From positions 346,766,001 through 346,830,000 of the forward strand of contig OZ024740.1 in NCBI GenBank assembly GCA_964016885.1: 64,000 bases of DNA, read 5' to 3'. Shown in pieces: positions 24,000 through 39,655 of the stretch. Position 1 is the stretch's first letter. Each line of letters starts with the position of its first letter. Source of the DNA: Eledone cirrhosa. Its lineage: Eukaryota. Under the pieces are notes generated by a model, which worked only from the letters and a program-made list of their open reading frames with translations, had not been told where the DNA came from and ran no database searches. Both the position numbers and the translations under genes were made by a program.

Positions 24000-26900
24000 G
24001 GTCCACCGACTTTTCCTGATTGCTCCTGTCACCGCTTCGTATTATCTTAGCGTAGTGCCGATCGCCTAGATGTGTTTGGCCTTTGACACCACTACGGTGA
24101 CATCGTCCGCATATTCTGACACGGATCTTCAACATCTTAGTTCGCGCGGGACCCCCCTCAACGCCTCCAGTTTGTGCAGTAATGTCTCGAGAGTCAATAC
24201 GTACAAGAGGGTCGAGAGGGGACATCCTTGTCGGATCGAGCGCATGATGTTGAACGCTTCCGAAAGGTGACCGTTCACTCTCACCACAGAGCAGATGTCG
24301 CTTTGCATGGCAGCGATCCAGCCTCTGAAGACGGTCCCAAATCCACCCGCCCAGGACTGCCGCCAGATGACGATGGTCGACCCTATCGAAAGCTTTTGAC
24401 TGATCTAAATTGAACCAGGTTCCCTAGCTACTCTCTCCAAGATGTATCGCATGTGGTGGAGGTTGTCATGGATGGATCTGTCGGAAATGGCGCATGTCTG
24501 CGCCTCATCCACCAGACCACCAACGGCAAGCGCCAATCTCTTTGCTAGCAACTTGGCCAAAATCTTGAACTCTGTGTTTTGAAGAGTTATGGGCCCGAAA
24601 TGATCTATGTTATCCCGCTTGTTCGGATCCTTTCTCAGCAGCGCCACCGCTCCTCGGCTCACAGAGCTGGGAATTCCCCCGTTCTGTTGCCAGTTGCAGT
24701 AGACGTCCGCCAAGAGGCCTCCGAACATGTCTGGCATCTGTACGTAAAGTTGATAGGGCGGACCAACCAAACCAGGCGATTTACCCCTTGTGAAGCCAGT
24801 CATTGCCTCCCGTATTTCAGCTGCTGTTATCGGCTTTTCGCAACACTCCGCCTCAGTGGCCGAGAGCCACTGCTCTCCGTTGAGGTAGTCACTAAAGTTC
24901 ATCCCTCGATCCGGCCCACCTCTGCCCCCGAACAGCTGAACGAAGTGTCGCTGAAAAGCTTCACACATTTTCCCGGGATCGAGTAGCATGCGCCCGTAGT
25001 GGTCCAGCAAAGACCGGATCGTGGCTTTGTTGCCACGACGCGCCTTCGCCACTCAGGCCCATTGAACGGCTTTCGTCCCCTCGTTTCTGAGAGCACGCAC
25101 CCTAGCTCTGACAACGCAGCCTTCGTGCTTTGCATTGAATAATTGGTCAAGGGCCAATTTCGGTGCAAGTACGTCGGTCGCGATGCCTTTGCTAAGCGCC
25201 TCGTCTAATTTTCTAACTACGGTAGTTCTCCCTCTGCTCTATTTTTCTCTATTGCTAAAGCCTTACTAAACGTAATGTACTCTATTCTAATCACTCGTTT
25301 CAGAGCAAACCACCATTTGTTGCTCCGGTCAACGCCCGCTTAACTAGTTCGCTAATCCGGTCTATGTAGGGCTTGCGCGCTGGTAATGACGCGTTTAGCT
25401 TCCGGTAGCCGGGTTCTTGTCTATGAAGCCTATCTAAGTCAACCACACAGATCACGAATTTTTGGTACGTGTAGCTGAATATCTTGAATTGTGGATAGCC
25501 TATGTTAGACCTATCTATTTCCCTACAAAATTCTCTATCTAGATATGATGTGGATGTTTCGATGCGGTTTGTCCAAGTCCACATTGGCACATTTGGGAAA
25601 TCAAATCGGTACCTGTCAGACAGATCAAAATGCCTGAGCAGATTGGTGAGGCTCTTGCACCCTTCTTCGCTATCTGCTAATCCCACACAGTCCCAGCGTG
25701 CATCTATGATCCCGTTCCTGTCGCCCACTAACACTATAGAGCGGGACGTTCCAAGAAAGTTCTCCAGACGCCGGAAGAAATCAGACCGCCCTGCTCCTGT
25801 CGGGGCATAGACGGCCACTAGCCTGAAAGCTTGCCCATCTCCGCTGGTCACGTCCAGCACCACCAACTTACCTTCTAGGTCCAGGATGATGGCCCGTATG
25901 GCGAGATCCAAGCGTCTGCGAAAAAGCACAGCAACTCCTTCCCCCGATCCAGGATGGCTGGGAGATACGTACACATCGTAGCCGCCGAAGATCGGTGCGA
26001 AGGCTTCTGCTTCGGAGATTCTGGTCTCGCTGATGGCCACCACATCTATGTTTAGTGACCTGAGGTCGTTGAGCAGGTGGCCCTACTTCTACGACACCCC
26101 CTGGCCACGCGCATTCATGCTGCCTAATCTGAGTTAGGTAATGTTGAAAAGGAATGGAAAAAGATGGGAAAGACCACTTACCTCACTTCTCGTAGAGGAG
26201 GGATGGTTTTTGCGTCCTTCTAACTGCCTGTTGCCTCCTCCGGAAGGATGTCTTTCTAAATCCTCCGGGAGAGTATTTGTCGGAAGTCTCCGATATTTCT
26301 TGGGAAATTTTACTGTTAGTGTCGTGTACGTTTTCTCTGTGGTGCGAGTGATGTGTGGATGTGGTGTGAATTTTAGGGGTGTTGTGTACTCTTTTTCTGT
26401 AATGCTGGTGTTGTGTTGGAGGTTGTGTAATAATTGGTTGTTGTTCAAATTTAATGCTGTATAGTGTGTATCGTTTTGATTGTTTAATTTTGTTTGCGTT
26501 TGTTGTGGGTTTGTTTCTGTTTCACTTTTTGGTGATTTTTGTGGTGTTGGTGATGGTGGTGTTGGGGTTAAGGATGGTGATGGTGTTGGTGTTTGTGGTG
26601 ATGGGGCTGGTGTGGGTGGTGGCATAGATGTCTTAACTTATTTGTTTGTTTATTTGTTTCCCCCTCCATTTTGTTTTTGGAGGGAGAAGAAAGGGGATTA
26701 TTTCTTTAGGGGGTTCTATTATTTTTCTTCTTTCCTGATACCGTTTCCCACTCCTCCTCATCGTCACAATCTCTATCCAGTTGTGATAGGTCGGGGAGTG
26801 GAAAATCCTCCACAGGCGTTGGTTTTGGTTGTGGTGTGGTGGATGGTGGAGGCACTGGTGCGAATTCTGGCGCGGTGTGTGGTGGTGGTGATGGTTTTGC

Positions 26901-28324
26901 TACTGTTGTTGCTACAGTTGCTGGGGTTGTTGCTAGTAGAGTTGCTTCTGTTGTTGCTGCTACAGTTCCTTCTGTTGTTGCTGCCATTTCTGCTGCTCGT
27001 TTTGATTGTTGATTCACTGGCGTGGGTAGGAGATGTGGCCTCACTTTTTTAGCCTGAGGGCAGAATGCATTTAGGTGGGTTCTTTCGCCACAAACCACAC
27101 AACTAGGCCTTCTACCATCAACGATTACGGTGAGGTGGCTGCCGACATTGAGGTCTATCACCTCTGAAATATCATCAATGTTTTTTTGGTCTGCTTGGAT
27201 CAAGAGCTCGATCACAGGTCCGGACCAATTCTCCTGCTTTTCTTTTGTTACCTCAATTATTTTCATATTGTCCTCGATGTCGGCGAGGACAGCAGCCATT
27301 AGCCAGGGAATTTCGATGGCCGGCGGAACGTGAGTCACCCTGATCTTCACTAGTCTCTGACCACAATAGCTTGGGACGAGTGAGAACTCGTCACTTCTTA
27401 ATGGGGCCATATTTCCGCCAACGGTTCCATATTTCTGCCCACGTCTGATGTGTTTTTTTTTTTTGCCCACACATGTCCCAAAGCTTTTTGTATCTGGGAC
27501 TCAGATGCCCGTTCCACTCGGCGTGATTTTGTATTTATCGTCCGATATGACACGGTGCATTAGCGGCGATGCTCCATTTTATTAGATGTGTGTGTGTGTA
27601 TTGGCTGTTCCTGTACTTTTTTTTTTACCGTTCGCTTGGCTTCATTCAATTCATCTTGTCTTACCTCGATTGTTTCGCTTTTCTTGGCTGCCTTGGCAAA
27701 CAACACATTTTGTTTTGCGGTACTGCTGATGTTGTTGTTGTTATTCTCATTTTTGTTGTTGTTATTGTTATTTTTGTTATTGTTATTTTAAGTGTGGTGG
27801 TGGTGGTGGTGTCACTGGTGTCAGTGGTGTTCGGCGTGGAAGAGTTGATTCTGGGTGAATCCATTTCGATGTCTCGAGATAATAATTTATGTTTTGTTTC
27901 TGTTGCCGTTGTGGTGGTGGTGGGGGTGACGTCTTTAACATCTGCAGTAATTGGTAATGGCGGGAAATGAATGTCTGCATATGAGAAATTTAAATTATTG
28001 CCACTGCTTATATTTTTAGTGTTGGCAATCGTAGTAATGTTTACAATGGTGGTGGGTGATGTTGATTTGTTAGGAAGGCTGTCAGCTTTGTGTGGCTGAG
28101 AGCCGTCCATGTTTTTTTCAAAGAAAGATTTTGTTTCATAATTATAAAAGTTTAAATTTTGGGCTCAAGGCCCCAATATTATTAAGTGTTCTTTTCAGAA
28201 AGCAATATATGTGAACTTATAAACACTTAACAACAGGCATTTTCCATAACTGGCAATTTGAAACGACTGAAAACAACAAACCTTTGTGGAGCTCACGATA
28301 ATACGATTTCCTACGTAGGTCGCC
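24000..28324 (-). mobile_element. Tx1-clade LINE 5' portion (5' UTR, ORF1 with CCHC knuckle, APE, RT up to just past YADD), degenerate
   Basis: ORF1 CVVCGERTHLNAFC; APE ISETR, VYAP, SYLDR; RT KSPGL, QGCPLS, EYADD; 5' end abuts (TTA)n at 28325. Confidence 0.85.
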
Positions 28325-28339
28325 AATAATAATAATAAT

Positions 28340-28750
28340 TTATTTTTGGGGCCACATGGGCCTACATACAGGGGACAATACAAAAAGACAAGGACAGTAA
28401 GGGGTTTACCATTATAAATCGAGTAAAAACAGATCAACAATACAAATTACACCAATAAAATTCCCCACTAAGGGTGGGGGACACTCAGGGGTGACTCAGG
28501 TACCTCTCCAATCTTGAAACAACCGTGAAACAACCGACTCTTTTAGAGCACCTGTAGTGGGCACTCATCTCCTCCTCTAATTAACCGGTGCATGCTAAGA
28601 TTAGGCCCATTCACAGGGACTATTCTCGCCACATTCACCCACCTTTTAGCAAATATACTGGGGAACTGCACTTCTCTCGCCGCCTTCACCTTCCTTTCCA
28701 AGAGAAAATCGAAACATTTGAGGGTTTGGCCGAAGAGAAAAGCGTCTGGC
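28340..28750 (-). mobile_element. Tx1 family B 3'-end fragment
   Basis: Homologous to 20915-21350 (GGCCAC..GGGCC.ACATA.AGGGGACAATACAAAA, CTCAGGTACC, GGCCCA.TCAC); followed by (TTA)n. Confidence 0.8.
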
Positions 28751-29449
28751 CTTGATAATGATGATAGGTGTGATGTATTGGTTTTGTGGATTTGTCTGTT
28801 TGTGTTGTTCTTGTGTATACTTTCGTCTTGCCGTATGCAGTAGTGGGGAGTTAGTGGTGCTGTTGGTGGTCTATATTTCCTGTGGGTTTTGATAGCTGAT
28901 GTTATCCTGAATGCATGTGTCCATTTTGTGATATTTTTTTAGTTTTGCTTTAAGGATTTACTTTCTTCCATACAGCAAGACGAAGAAATTTAGTGTCTGT
29001 ACTGTAGCATCTACATCACATTGGTTTAAGGGAGGGGTTGTGAATGCATCTTTGTAATTGGCTTCGAAAGATGTGAAGTGAGAGAGGGAGAGCTGAGTTG
29101 AAAATAACCTTGACTAGGTTTGTCGTTTTTTCTTCTGTTTTTTTTCTCATTGATGTTGGTAGTGCTGTTGTCGGTGCTATTTATGTTGCTGCTACTGCTA
29201 TCGTTACAGCTGCTGCTGCAATTGTCGTTCTTGCTGTCAGAGAAAAAGAACTTGGAAAAGACCGATCGAGAGACATTAGATCAGAAGTAAAAAAATATGG
29301 AAGAATTGCTTCTACGCAGCAAAAGAACAGTTAAAATAGGAGACTTTGTCGAAAATCCAGAAGATAAAAAGATATGTTAGCAGACATAAGAATTTCGGGG
29401 GAAAAAATGGTTCCAAATTAATCCAAAATATTTCTTCCACGTCAAGAAT

Positions 29450-30300
29450 TTGATTTTAGAATCAGATTTTATAACAGTATCTTCTTTTACAATGTTCGGA
29501 GAGATCTTCATTCCCGATTCTTTGCGCCGCTTACCTCCTGATGGTGACCTGCTATTTAAGAAAGTGTAGTCTTCTCTGCCGAAAGGTATCTGGCAGGCAT
29601 GGAGGACTTTGGAATAGTTTTCTGTTGGTTATATCATCTCTCCAGCTTATGTTTAAAAGTCTTCTCAATAGCTTTATATATAATACTTCTATTCGTTTCT
29701 AGTTTTCTGATTATGATCCAAGTTCTTGAATTGTGCAACATAATACCATTTCAGTGTTTTGTCCCTTTTATATTTCCTAATTTATTACATTATTTTGAAC
29801 ATGCACCATATCTAGTTGGTTTATATTGTGGAAAACAAGGATGATTTTACGGAACAAAAAGGACTGTCATATTTTACAACATATGACAGTCCCTTTTGTA
29901 CCGTAAAATCATGCTTGTTTTCACGATATAAAAGAAATAGATGTTGTACATGTTCAAAACAATATAATAAATGTTGGTTAGATATGTGGTCAGTGTGATG
30001 TCATCAGCATAACTAAAATCCTTTCCTTGTATCTCTGGATACTGTAAATCCTTCCTGGGTTCTATAACAATTCCATGATCTCTATCAGAAATTCTAAATG
30101 ATTCTTTTAATGAATAATCAAAAACAATAATGAACAAAATTGGAGGTTATGTATTACCCTCAAATATACCGGCTAAGATACTGAAGAAGCAGATTTGGCA
30201 TTCTAGGGTGATCACCCGGGCTTCTGGATTTTCATACATTAGTTTAATTTCATGTACTATTACATCATCGGCTATATTAAATAACTCCAATAAAAAACAC
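29450..30300 (-). mobile_element. RTE-like LINE reverse transcriptase relic
   Basis: IKLMYENPEARVIT, LFIIVFDYSL..GIVIEPR..YP..DFSYADDITL. Confidence 0.75.
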
Positions 30301-30335
30301 TTACGCATACATAATACACGCATACATATACACAT

Positions 30336-30381
<46 letters not shown>

Positions 30382-30394
30382 TACACACACACAC

Positions 30395-30442
<48 letters not shown>

Positions 30443-30446
<4 letters not shown>

Positions 30447-30592
30447 GAAGGAAAAGTGGTAAGAAACCAGGTGGACCATAACGCACCAAAGTACTCAATA
30501 CTTAGGGTAGTAGAGTGGGTAATACTGGACTGATGTCCAGAATTAGCCGTCGAAACGGCTTGAGCTCAGCCGTCGGGGTCTTACTTGTTCCT
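30443..30592. mobile_element. Family D element (inverted tail plus one palindrome arm)
   Basis: Reverse complement of the D tail joined to CTGGAC-TGAT-GTCCAG..AGCCGTCGAAACGGCTTGAGCTCAGCCGTCGGGGTC; (TA)n flanks. Confidence 0.85.
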
Positions 30593-30604
30593 ATATATAT
30601 ATAG

Positions 30605-31598
<994 letters not shown>

Positions 31599-31669
31599 TT
31601 CTCTCTCTCAATCTCTCTCTCCCCGTTTCTCTTTATATATATATATATATACTACACACACACACACGC

Positions 31670-31708
<39 letters not shown>

Positions 31709-31953
31709 CTCAAATTGAGACCATAGAATCAGTAATAAACAAAATGATATACGTCACTTGAATATTGGAAACGAAAAGGAGTATGAATCATGCAAAGGTA
31801 TTGAGTGTATTTCCTTTCTTAATAATGTTTCGCAGCAGTGCGATACGACCTACTACCATATACATATGAATAAAAATAATACATCCATCCATTCATTCAT
31901 CAATACATACATACGCGTACACCAACATACACACATATAAACACACACGCACT

Positions 31954-32029
<76 letters not shown>

Positions 32030-33671
32030 CCTACAGAGAGAGAGAGAAGGAGGGAGATCGAAGTTTAAAAAAAATGTAATCAATGTTTTATATTATGTAT
32101 ACATTTGTCGGTAGGATACAATATATGTTATATAAGCAACGTATATTATATAATTTATGATAAAAGTATAACACTATATAATATATAATGTATGTGCTGT
32201 TTGCATGTTAGTATGGTGACTGCATGTGTAAGATCTTGCTTATATTCTGACATTAGAAAGTGCAATCTTAAAGCCCCTGTCTTGCGTTTTATGATTCACT
32301 TGCTATACATTAAATTCTTTTGATACTGAACGTTTAAAGGTTAATTATCACCCCACATATCTTTGAAATATTCCCGTATACTGGTTATCAATAATGGTCT
32401 TGTTCTTCGTGATAGTGTGATTCTCTGAAGAAAACGCTTTAAATCTAGTATATGAACGAAAAAGAACATTGCAGATCTTCATTTAATCTAAAACTAAAAT
32501 CTAAATCTGAAAGGTCAGCCTAATTCAAGGAAGCAAATATCCAATATCTTTCACCACATTATTGTCTTCTACTTTCTATATATCTTCTATCATTATAGTC
32601 GTAAGACAGCCAATCTTTGCAACCAAGTTTTCCAAATCTCTTGAATCGCAATGCAACAAAAGCCTTCTCCACCCTCACCATTACCAAACTTATCGTGTCG
32701 ACTATTATAAGCAACAGACGCAAATGAAACTTTCCATATCATGATTATATTTCTTTCTGCCTTTGAGTAGATTTCAAAGGAATTCTTTCTTTTCATCAAA
32801 GACTTAGATATTTGGCAAGAACATTGAGCAGTAGAGCGCCGCTCTCGTGAGAAGACAGCCGGAACCTGAGAACCTTTTCGTGGTAAGCAGAAAGTATTAA
32901 CACGTAGATTAAACTATTATTAGATTTGTAACAGAGTGCAATCGTTAAAATCTTAATTCAATCCGCCTTTTATTGATACATAAAATCGAGAAATGGGCAC
33001 TAACTATATCAAAAATCGAGAAACGTAGCCAGTGTATGTTATATAAGTAACTATCGGTGTCGGATTTATCTTCATCTATGCAGCGTATACTTTGATATAA
33101 CACGTTTACATGATCAGTCAATTTTATCCTTGCATGAAAAGATTTCACTATATCCACGAATATAATTACGACTGCTTTCTATATTGAATGCATAAATACA
33201 AGAAATAGAATGAGTGCCATTTATTTGCCTTGCCACTTTCTTATATTATTCATATATACACACACACGCACACACATATATACATATAAGTGAATGTGTA
33301 TATGTGTATGTGCGTGTGTGTACATGTGCTTGTATTTCTGTGATATATATAGTTTTAACCAAAATGTCTGTAACGTTTAATACACATTTATTAGTGGTTT
33401 TATTATAAAATCTAATGTTCACATCTGTTGTTCCTGTATAACAAGATGTATACATACTGTACTTCAATTTGGCTATAAGTTAAATGTTAATAACTATTAA
33501 AAATATAACCCTTTAAAGTTTCTATTTGCATCATTATAAGCATGTCTATCATCTCAATTCATTTTTCACCTAAATTATCAGATGCCATACACTGACTGAC
33601 ATACAGACAGACAGACATACCCACCCACCCCCTAATCACACACACATATATACATATATATATGTATACAT

Positions 33672-33946
<275 letters not shown>

Positions 33947-33965
33947 CATATATATATATATATAT

Positions 33966-34082
33966 AGGAACGAGTAGGACCCCTGGGGTCCTACTCGTTG
34001 CTATTACCCACTCTACTACCCTAAGTATTGAGTACTTTGGTGCGTTATGGTCCACCTGGTTCCTTACCACATTTCCTTCGTT
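33966..34082 (+). mobile_element. Family D element with collapsed palindrome
   Basis: AACGAGTAGGACCCC-T-GGGGTCCTACTCGTT plus the D tail; (TA)n flanks. Confidence 0.85.
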
Positions 34083-35465
34083 ATATATATATATATATAT
34101 ATAGTTATATGATTAGGATTACCTTTAGTCACTAATGGCCAGAGGTTTTTTTCTTTTGAGATACGAACCCGGGAAAACTATCATATTGTGGAAGACCTGT
34201 AGTCCCCGATGCGTGTCAATCACACTATACATTAGATGTTGTTCAAAGGATAGACAAAGCCCGATAAAGCTTGGGCCTGTAACGTCACAACTAAATTCTC
34301 CAGGTAAGTGAACTAGGGTAGTGTAAAATACAATGCCTTGCACAGAAACACAATTCACCGGTTATTCCTGGAATCTACCTCACCTTCATACGTTGGTGAT
34401 TCCATGGTTTTAACCACTAAGCCACATGACGTAATTATTGACTGCCAGAACTTTCATATATCATTAAGAACTTTCATATATTATGGCAAAATTGGGATAT
34501 TGTGTTGGGAGGACAATATTAGTCATATCGTTTCTGTTTGAAAAGAATGTCATGCTTTGAGGTTTGATCTTTTATGACCGTTAAGTGAAAATTCTCTCAG
34601 CGAAAAGCCTTACTGGATGGTGTAATATTGTAGGTAAACGACGAAGTCAATCGTATAAATCCTGGTCAGACTGGATGATCTAATACGTTGGTTGAATGTG
34701 CCTTGCAAATCAAAGTAAACAAAGTGTGACACCAGTCAAAGGAAAGCACACACAAGTGAACCTTGAGGTTTCTCGGAAAAGGTCATACCAAGGATAGCGG
34801 AGACGTCATTGACGTCTCTGTGGACGTTGTGGTATGGACTTTATATCTAGAAGATATATTTTCAACAATAGTAGGATTTTCAAATACAGGTAGTTTCAAG
34901 CTCAGGTGCATGCAATATAGGTGCATGCACTATAATCCACATTGCACTGACCACTGATGTTTTATGAAGTTATACTAACACCGCTCAAGATAATTCAGTG
35001 CAGATGCATTATCTGTATTTGCAAGCAGCTAATATGGCTATGAACCTTTGTATGTGCATTTCTGTCCAAAAATGGAGGCCCGAGAGAGATTCCTACCATC
35101 AATTGTCATGCAGTAAGGTATAGTATGGTGCGGACCGTGCTAACGCTACACCATTCAAATTTTCCGACCCCACCCATCTTACCTGCTCAGGGTTCAAGGT
35201 TGGAAGTGAATGGCAGCAGTGGCCCACATTTGGAGACGCACAAACATTGTACTCTCAGTGCACAAATGTGTTTATCAAATATATCTATATATAGATACAT
35301 ACATACACACACATATATACATATATATAATAGAATTATGTATATGCTTCGAGTATAATTGGAACTAGTATTTCTGGCGATAGCCGCCGGTATTTTTGCA
35401 TAGCAACAGCTTTCTAAATTTTTATTTATAAACATACCGTATTTCTTTTGAAATACGAAATTCCA

Positions 35466-35554
<89 letters not shown>

Positions 35555-35658
35555 TACACACACACTCAGACACACACACACATATATATGTATAGTATAT
35601 TTGGCAAGAACAGGGATCAATGTAGCAGGTAAACTTGTAGTACAGAACATTGATATGT

Positions 35659-35695
<37 letters not shown>

Positions 35696-37960
35696 GAAAC
35701 GTGCTTATATATAAACATCATTTCTTCCTCCGTCAGTGGATATCACATTAAATAACAAAATTAAAACATATGTGAAATAATGTTTCAATGCAATCTTTCA
35801 TTGCTGCACACCACCAATTGGCAGATTATCCTCTTCAATTGCATTCTATTTATATTCTATGCTAAACAATTATACAGACACTACAGTCAACATACAGAAC
35901 CCACCTGTCAGTAAGGGCTCGCACCTACTCCTACTGAAACCTCTTACGTTATATAAAAATGAAATCATATACATTCAAACATTCCGACATGGCGCTTCTG
36001 AGATATGTAAATACAACCTACAACCAAGACATTCCAAAAACTTTCCATTTCCTGTCATATATGAATCTACTATTCACTGTCAGGTTCTAAATATTCTAAT
36101 ATTCATATACTAAAACAGTTACTCTACAAATGCATTTATTATATGAGTATTGAAATAATTAGTACCTCGCAATTAATAGAAGTTTCATACCTGACTCGGA
36201 AACTTAGGCTTTTGTAAATTCTTGCATGCAGGTTGTCAGATGTGCCAGTGATGTGGCTAGTGATATACAGGTGGAAACATTTGAATCTATGCATGTATGT
36301 TTATATGAATGTATATGTGTATGTATGTATGTATGCATGTATGTGTGTATGAATGTATGTATGCATGTATGTATATTGATATAAAAATATTGTTAATATT
36401 GAAGTAAAGAAACATGGTTTAGGGATTAGGGAATTGGCACATAACCGTTGACGTTGGGAGTGAAATTGCCGGATGTATTGCATCCTTCAGCGTAACACTA
36501 TATTTCACACTGCTCCAGCTCATTCAGTTTTAGAAATTAGTTATGACCTCTCTGGTGACAAGCTGGATCGGCCTTTGCCTTTCCTTTCGTCAACAGTAGT
36601 GGCGTGGAAAGGCGAGACTGGTATTCATAGGCAACTGTTAGATATCCGCATAACACTGCGCGAACTTATTCCCCGGACAGGTACTTTCAAGGTACAAATC
36701 CCATAATCATTCCTAGATACGGGAATATTTACCCTTACCATTTTTATCGGTAACATTGAAACGCGCGATATAATTTGGAGTTGTAATTTATTTCAAACAT
36801 TCCTCTTTCATTACATTCGACGTGTATTCGTCTCAGTTTCAGCTTTTAAAAATATCAATTATGGTGTTGAGTATTAATCAGTGATTATTGTGCCACCAAA
36901 CATATTGCATTTCTTCGCCGAAGATTGTTATAGAAATTAATTCATTACCAGCCGCTTAATACAAGGATGTGTAATTTGAAAGGAAATTCGTCTAAATTTC
37001 AAATATTTTATTTGCATATTCGTTCACGTTTTCACTTAAACATGTGTATTTAACTCTTTATCCCTTTCAATAGATCGATATTCTTTGACGAAAATCATAA
37101 TTGTATGTAACAGATTGGTTTACAACTGATATTTTGATAAACTACAATAACTATCTATCTTTGATTAACAATAAAACAACGCCTGTTGTTAGCAAACAAA
37201 AGCTTCAACAGAGAATGATCCGTAAATTAAATGACTGTCTTTTCAAATATCAGCTATACTGCTGTTACACAACATAAGATTATTTTTTATATTAATATTT
37301 TAACATTATTATTTTAAAATTTTCTTTAGCTTATTTCAAAGTTATTACAATAACGACGTATATATTCTCTGAAATTACTCATATATCATGTTATTATACA
37401 ATTGAAATTAGGATCTTTAGAGTTACAATATAATTGCACAGAATTTGATGTAAGCTCTGCTAGGAAAACTTTCCTTATTCTTTCCTTATATCTTAAACCC
37501 ATTCAAACAATTTAACTCCCATGCTGCGGAATATAATATCAATGCAAATTATACAATAGGATTGCATGCACCAGTCATATTTATTGTGCTTGATTGTAGT
37601 ACAACTTCAAAGGCAACAAGCATAGTCTTTTACCTGATAGATCCGACATTTATCAAAATCTCCCAGTTGTACATTACTTCAAACCATATCCGTTACCTGA
37701 ATTTCAAATATGAATGTATTTTTTTCGGGAATCCTACTATTCTGACAAGAGAACAAAGAAAATAAACTATTGTTATTGTTTGAGACACATAACTGTGTTC
37801 CTTTTCTTACTTTTCGCTCTTAGAGTCGGGTTCTTTACTCTTTTCTATATCTAAGTATTCAAGTTTCCGAATATCGTTTCTGTCTATTTGTCTACGTATA
37901 TGTCAATAATCAACATCTCTCCCATATTTCAATCATGATTTTGATTATATTTAAATCCGA

Positions 37961-38090
<130 letters not shown>

Positions 38091-38323
38091 ACTTATAGAG
38101 AGAGAGGTAGATAAATAGATAGATAGATAGATAAATAGTAGAAAAAAGGGAAGTAAGGTTCTATACAAAACAGCGGATATACAGAAAAGCTGAAGTTGGA
38201 AATAGCACGGAAAAATATATTTTAGAGTCTGTTTCTCTTTGTTTTCTTTTCTTAGATTCGTCAAAGTGACATTATTGAAAAAATGAGAGGGACAATTCTT
38301 TTAAAAAATAGTTTTATAATGTA

Positions 38324-39308
38324 CTAGCAGTAAAGCCCGGCGTTGCTCGGGGTCGCTCAGTAGCTGTGTTAAAGTTACAATGTTAAGTTTCTTTTTTGGC
38401 TTAAAAACTGTAGTGTCTACTGTGCAGACTTGCATGTGGTGTTTTTGATTAATATTCCCTCAACCAACAATATGCCTTATGAAGTTAAGAAAACATAACG
38501 ATAACCCGAATGTTATAACAAAAGAGGATGCTGGGGATAAAAACTGCACTGGTTATTTATTAACAAAGATCGAAAATGTAAACACTGCAACGCAGAGAAA
38601 AACATTAGCGTAACCAAATTATCAGTTATGTCTGTCTGCACGCCTATATCACCTCTCTGCACGACTGTCTGTCTGCACGCCTATATCACCTCTCTGCACG
38701 ACTATCTGTCTGCACGCCTATATCACCTCTCTGCACGACTTTCTGTCTGCACGCCTATATCACCTCTCTGCACGACTGTCTGTCTGCACGCGTATATCAC
38801 CTCTCTGCACGACTGTTTGTCTGCACGACTGTCTGTCTGCACGCCTAACGACGAAATATTTGCTTGTTTTACGTAGTCTTTAAATAGACTTGTTTTCAAG
38901 TAAAAATATTGTTTTAAAATGCTTTTAAATGGAAATGAAGCAAAACGGAAGCTTAGTGTTCGAACTGATGAATTTTGCAGGTCAATATTTTGCTGGCTCG
39001 ACAACTGTTCGTGTATTGTGTTAATGTCATTTTAAACGCTGAGAAAGCCAGCGTAATTTTTTACGTAAGACGCTCAATGTAAACAGAACAAAGGCAAATA
39101 ACTGATAACTTACGCTCAAAAATCGATACATTATATTCGATTTCGTCACATAGGGTGGGTCAATTTGAAATATTTCTTTTCCGATGTCTTCGCTAGGGCT
39201 CATTGTACAAGTATAGCAATTTCGGTGCAATTCCGTGAGAGATTCTAAGAGGAGATGTGTGCCAAAAATCGATAGACAGACAGACAACCACAGTTTTATA
39301 TATATAGA
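38324..39308 (-). mobile_element. Non-autonomous Helitron with internal minisatellite
   Basis: Minus strand A|TCTATATATATAAAA...TGTCTGTCTG start; end CCCGAGCAACGCCGGG hairpin followed by TACTGCTAG|T. Confidence 0.85.
38629..38846. repeat. 37 bp minisatellite (~6 units)
   Basis: Unit GTCTGTCTGCACGCCTATATCACCTCTCTGCACGACT. Confidence 0.95.
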
Positions 39309-39409
39309 TATAAAGAAAAGAAAGTATTACCAGTTTCGATGTATTATTAAAATTCATCTTATCAAACGTTGAGTATTACAATTAAAAAGAATTAATAAGA
39401 ATTAAACAA

Positions 39410-39655
39410 TAAAGATTTAGAATTAAGTGTTGAGGTAATTTTTTTCCCATCATTCTTGCTGAGAAGGTGACTGGAGAATGAGTTATTGTGTATATAGAGA
39501 GAAGTGTGTAGACATGATTGTAGCAGCAAAGTTGGTAGTTGTGTTTCTTCAAAAAAACAATTTAGTTCTGTGAAATAAGAACTCATTCTCCAGTCTCCTT
39601 CTCAGCATGAAAGATGGAGAAACAAATTACCTCAACACTTAATTTTAAATCTTTA
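39410..39655. repeat. Inverted repeat, ~75 bp arms and ~95 bp spacer (MITE/fold-back-like)
   Basis: TAAAGATTTAGAATTAAGTGTTGAGGTAATTT..CTGGAGAATGAGTT versus AACTCATTCTCCAG..AAATTACCTCAACACTTAATTTTAAATCTTTA. Confidence 0.8.

Noticed and set aside
35780-36200. Possible very old LINE RT relic (also 32260-32760 and 60980-61520)
   Set aside because: Only faint motif hints by eye; needs a profile search
38629-38846. 37 bp periodic repeat as a CRISPR array
   Set aside because: No unique spacers or cas genes, and eukaryotic context; it is a minisatellite inside a Helitron
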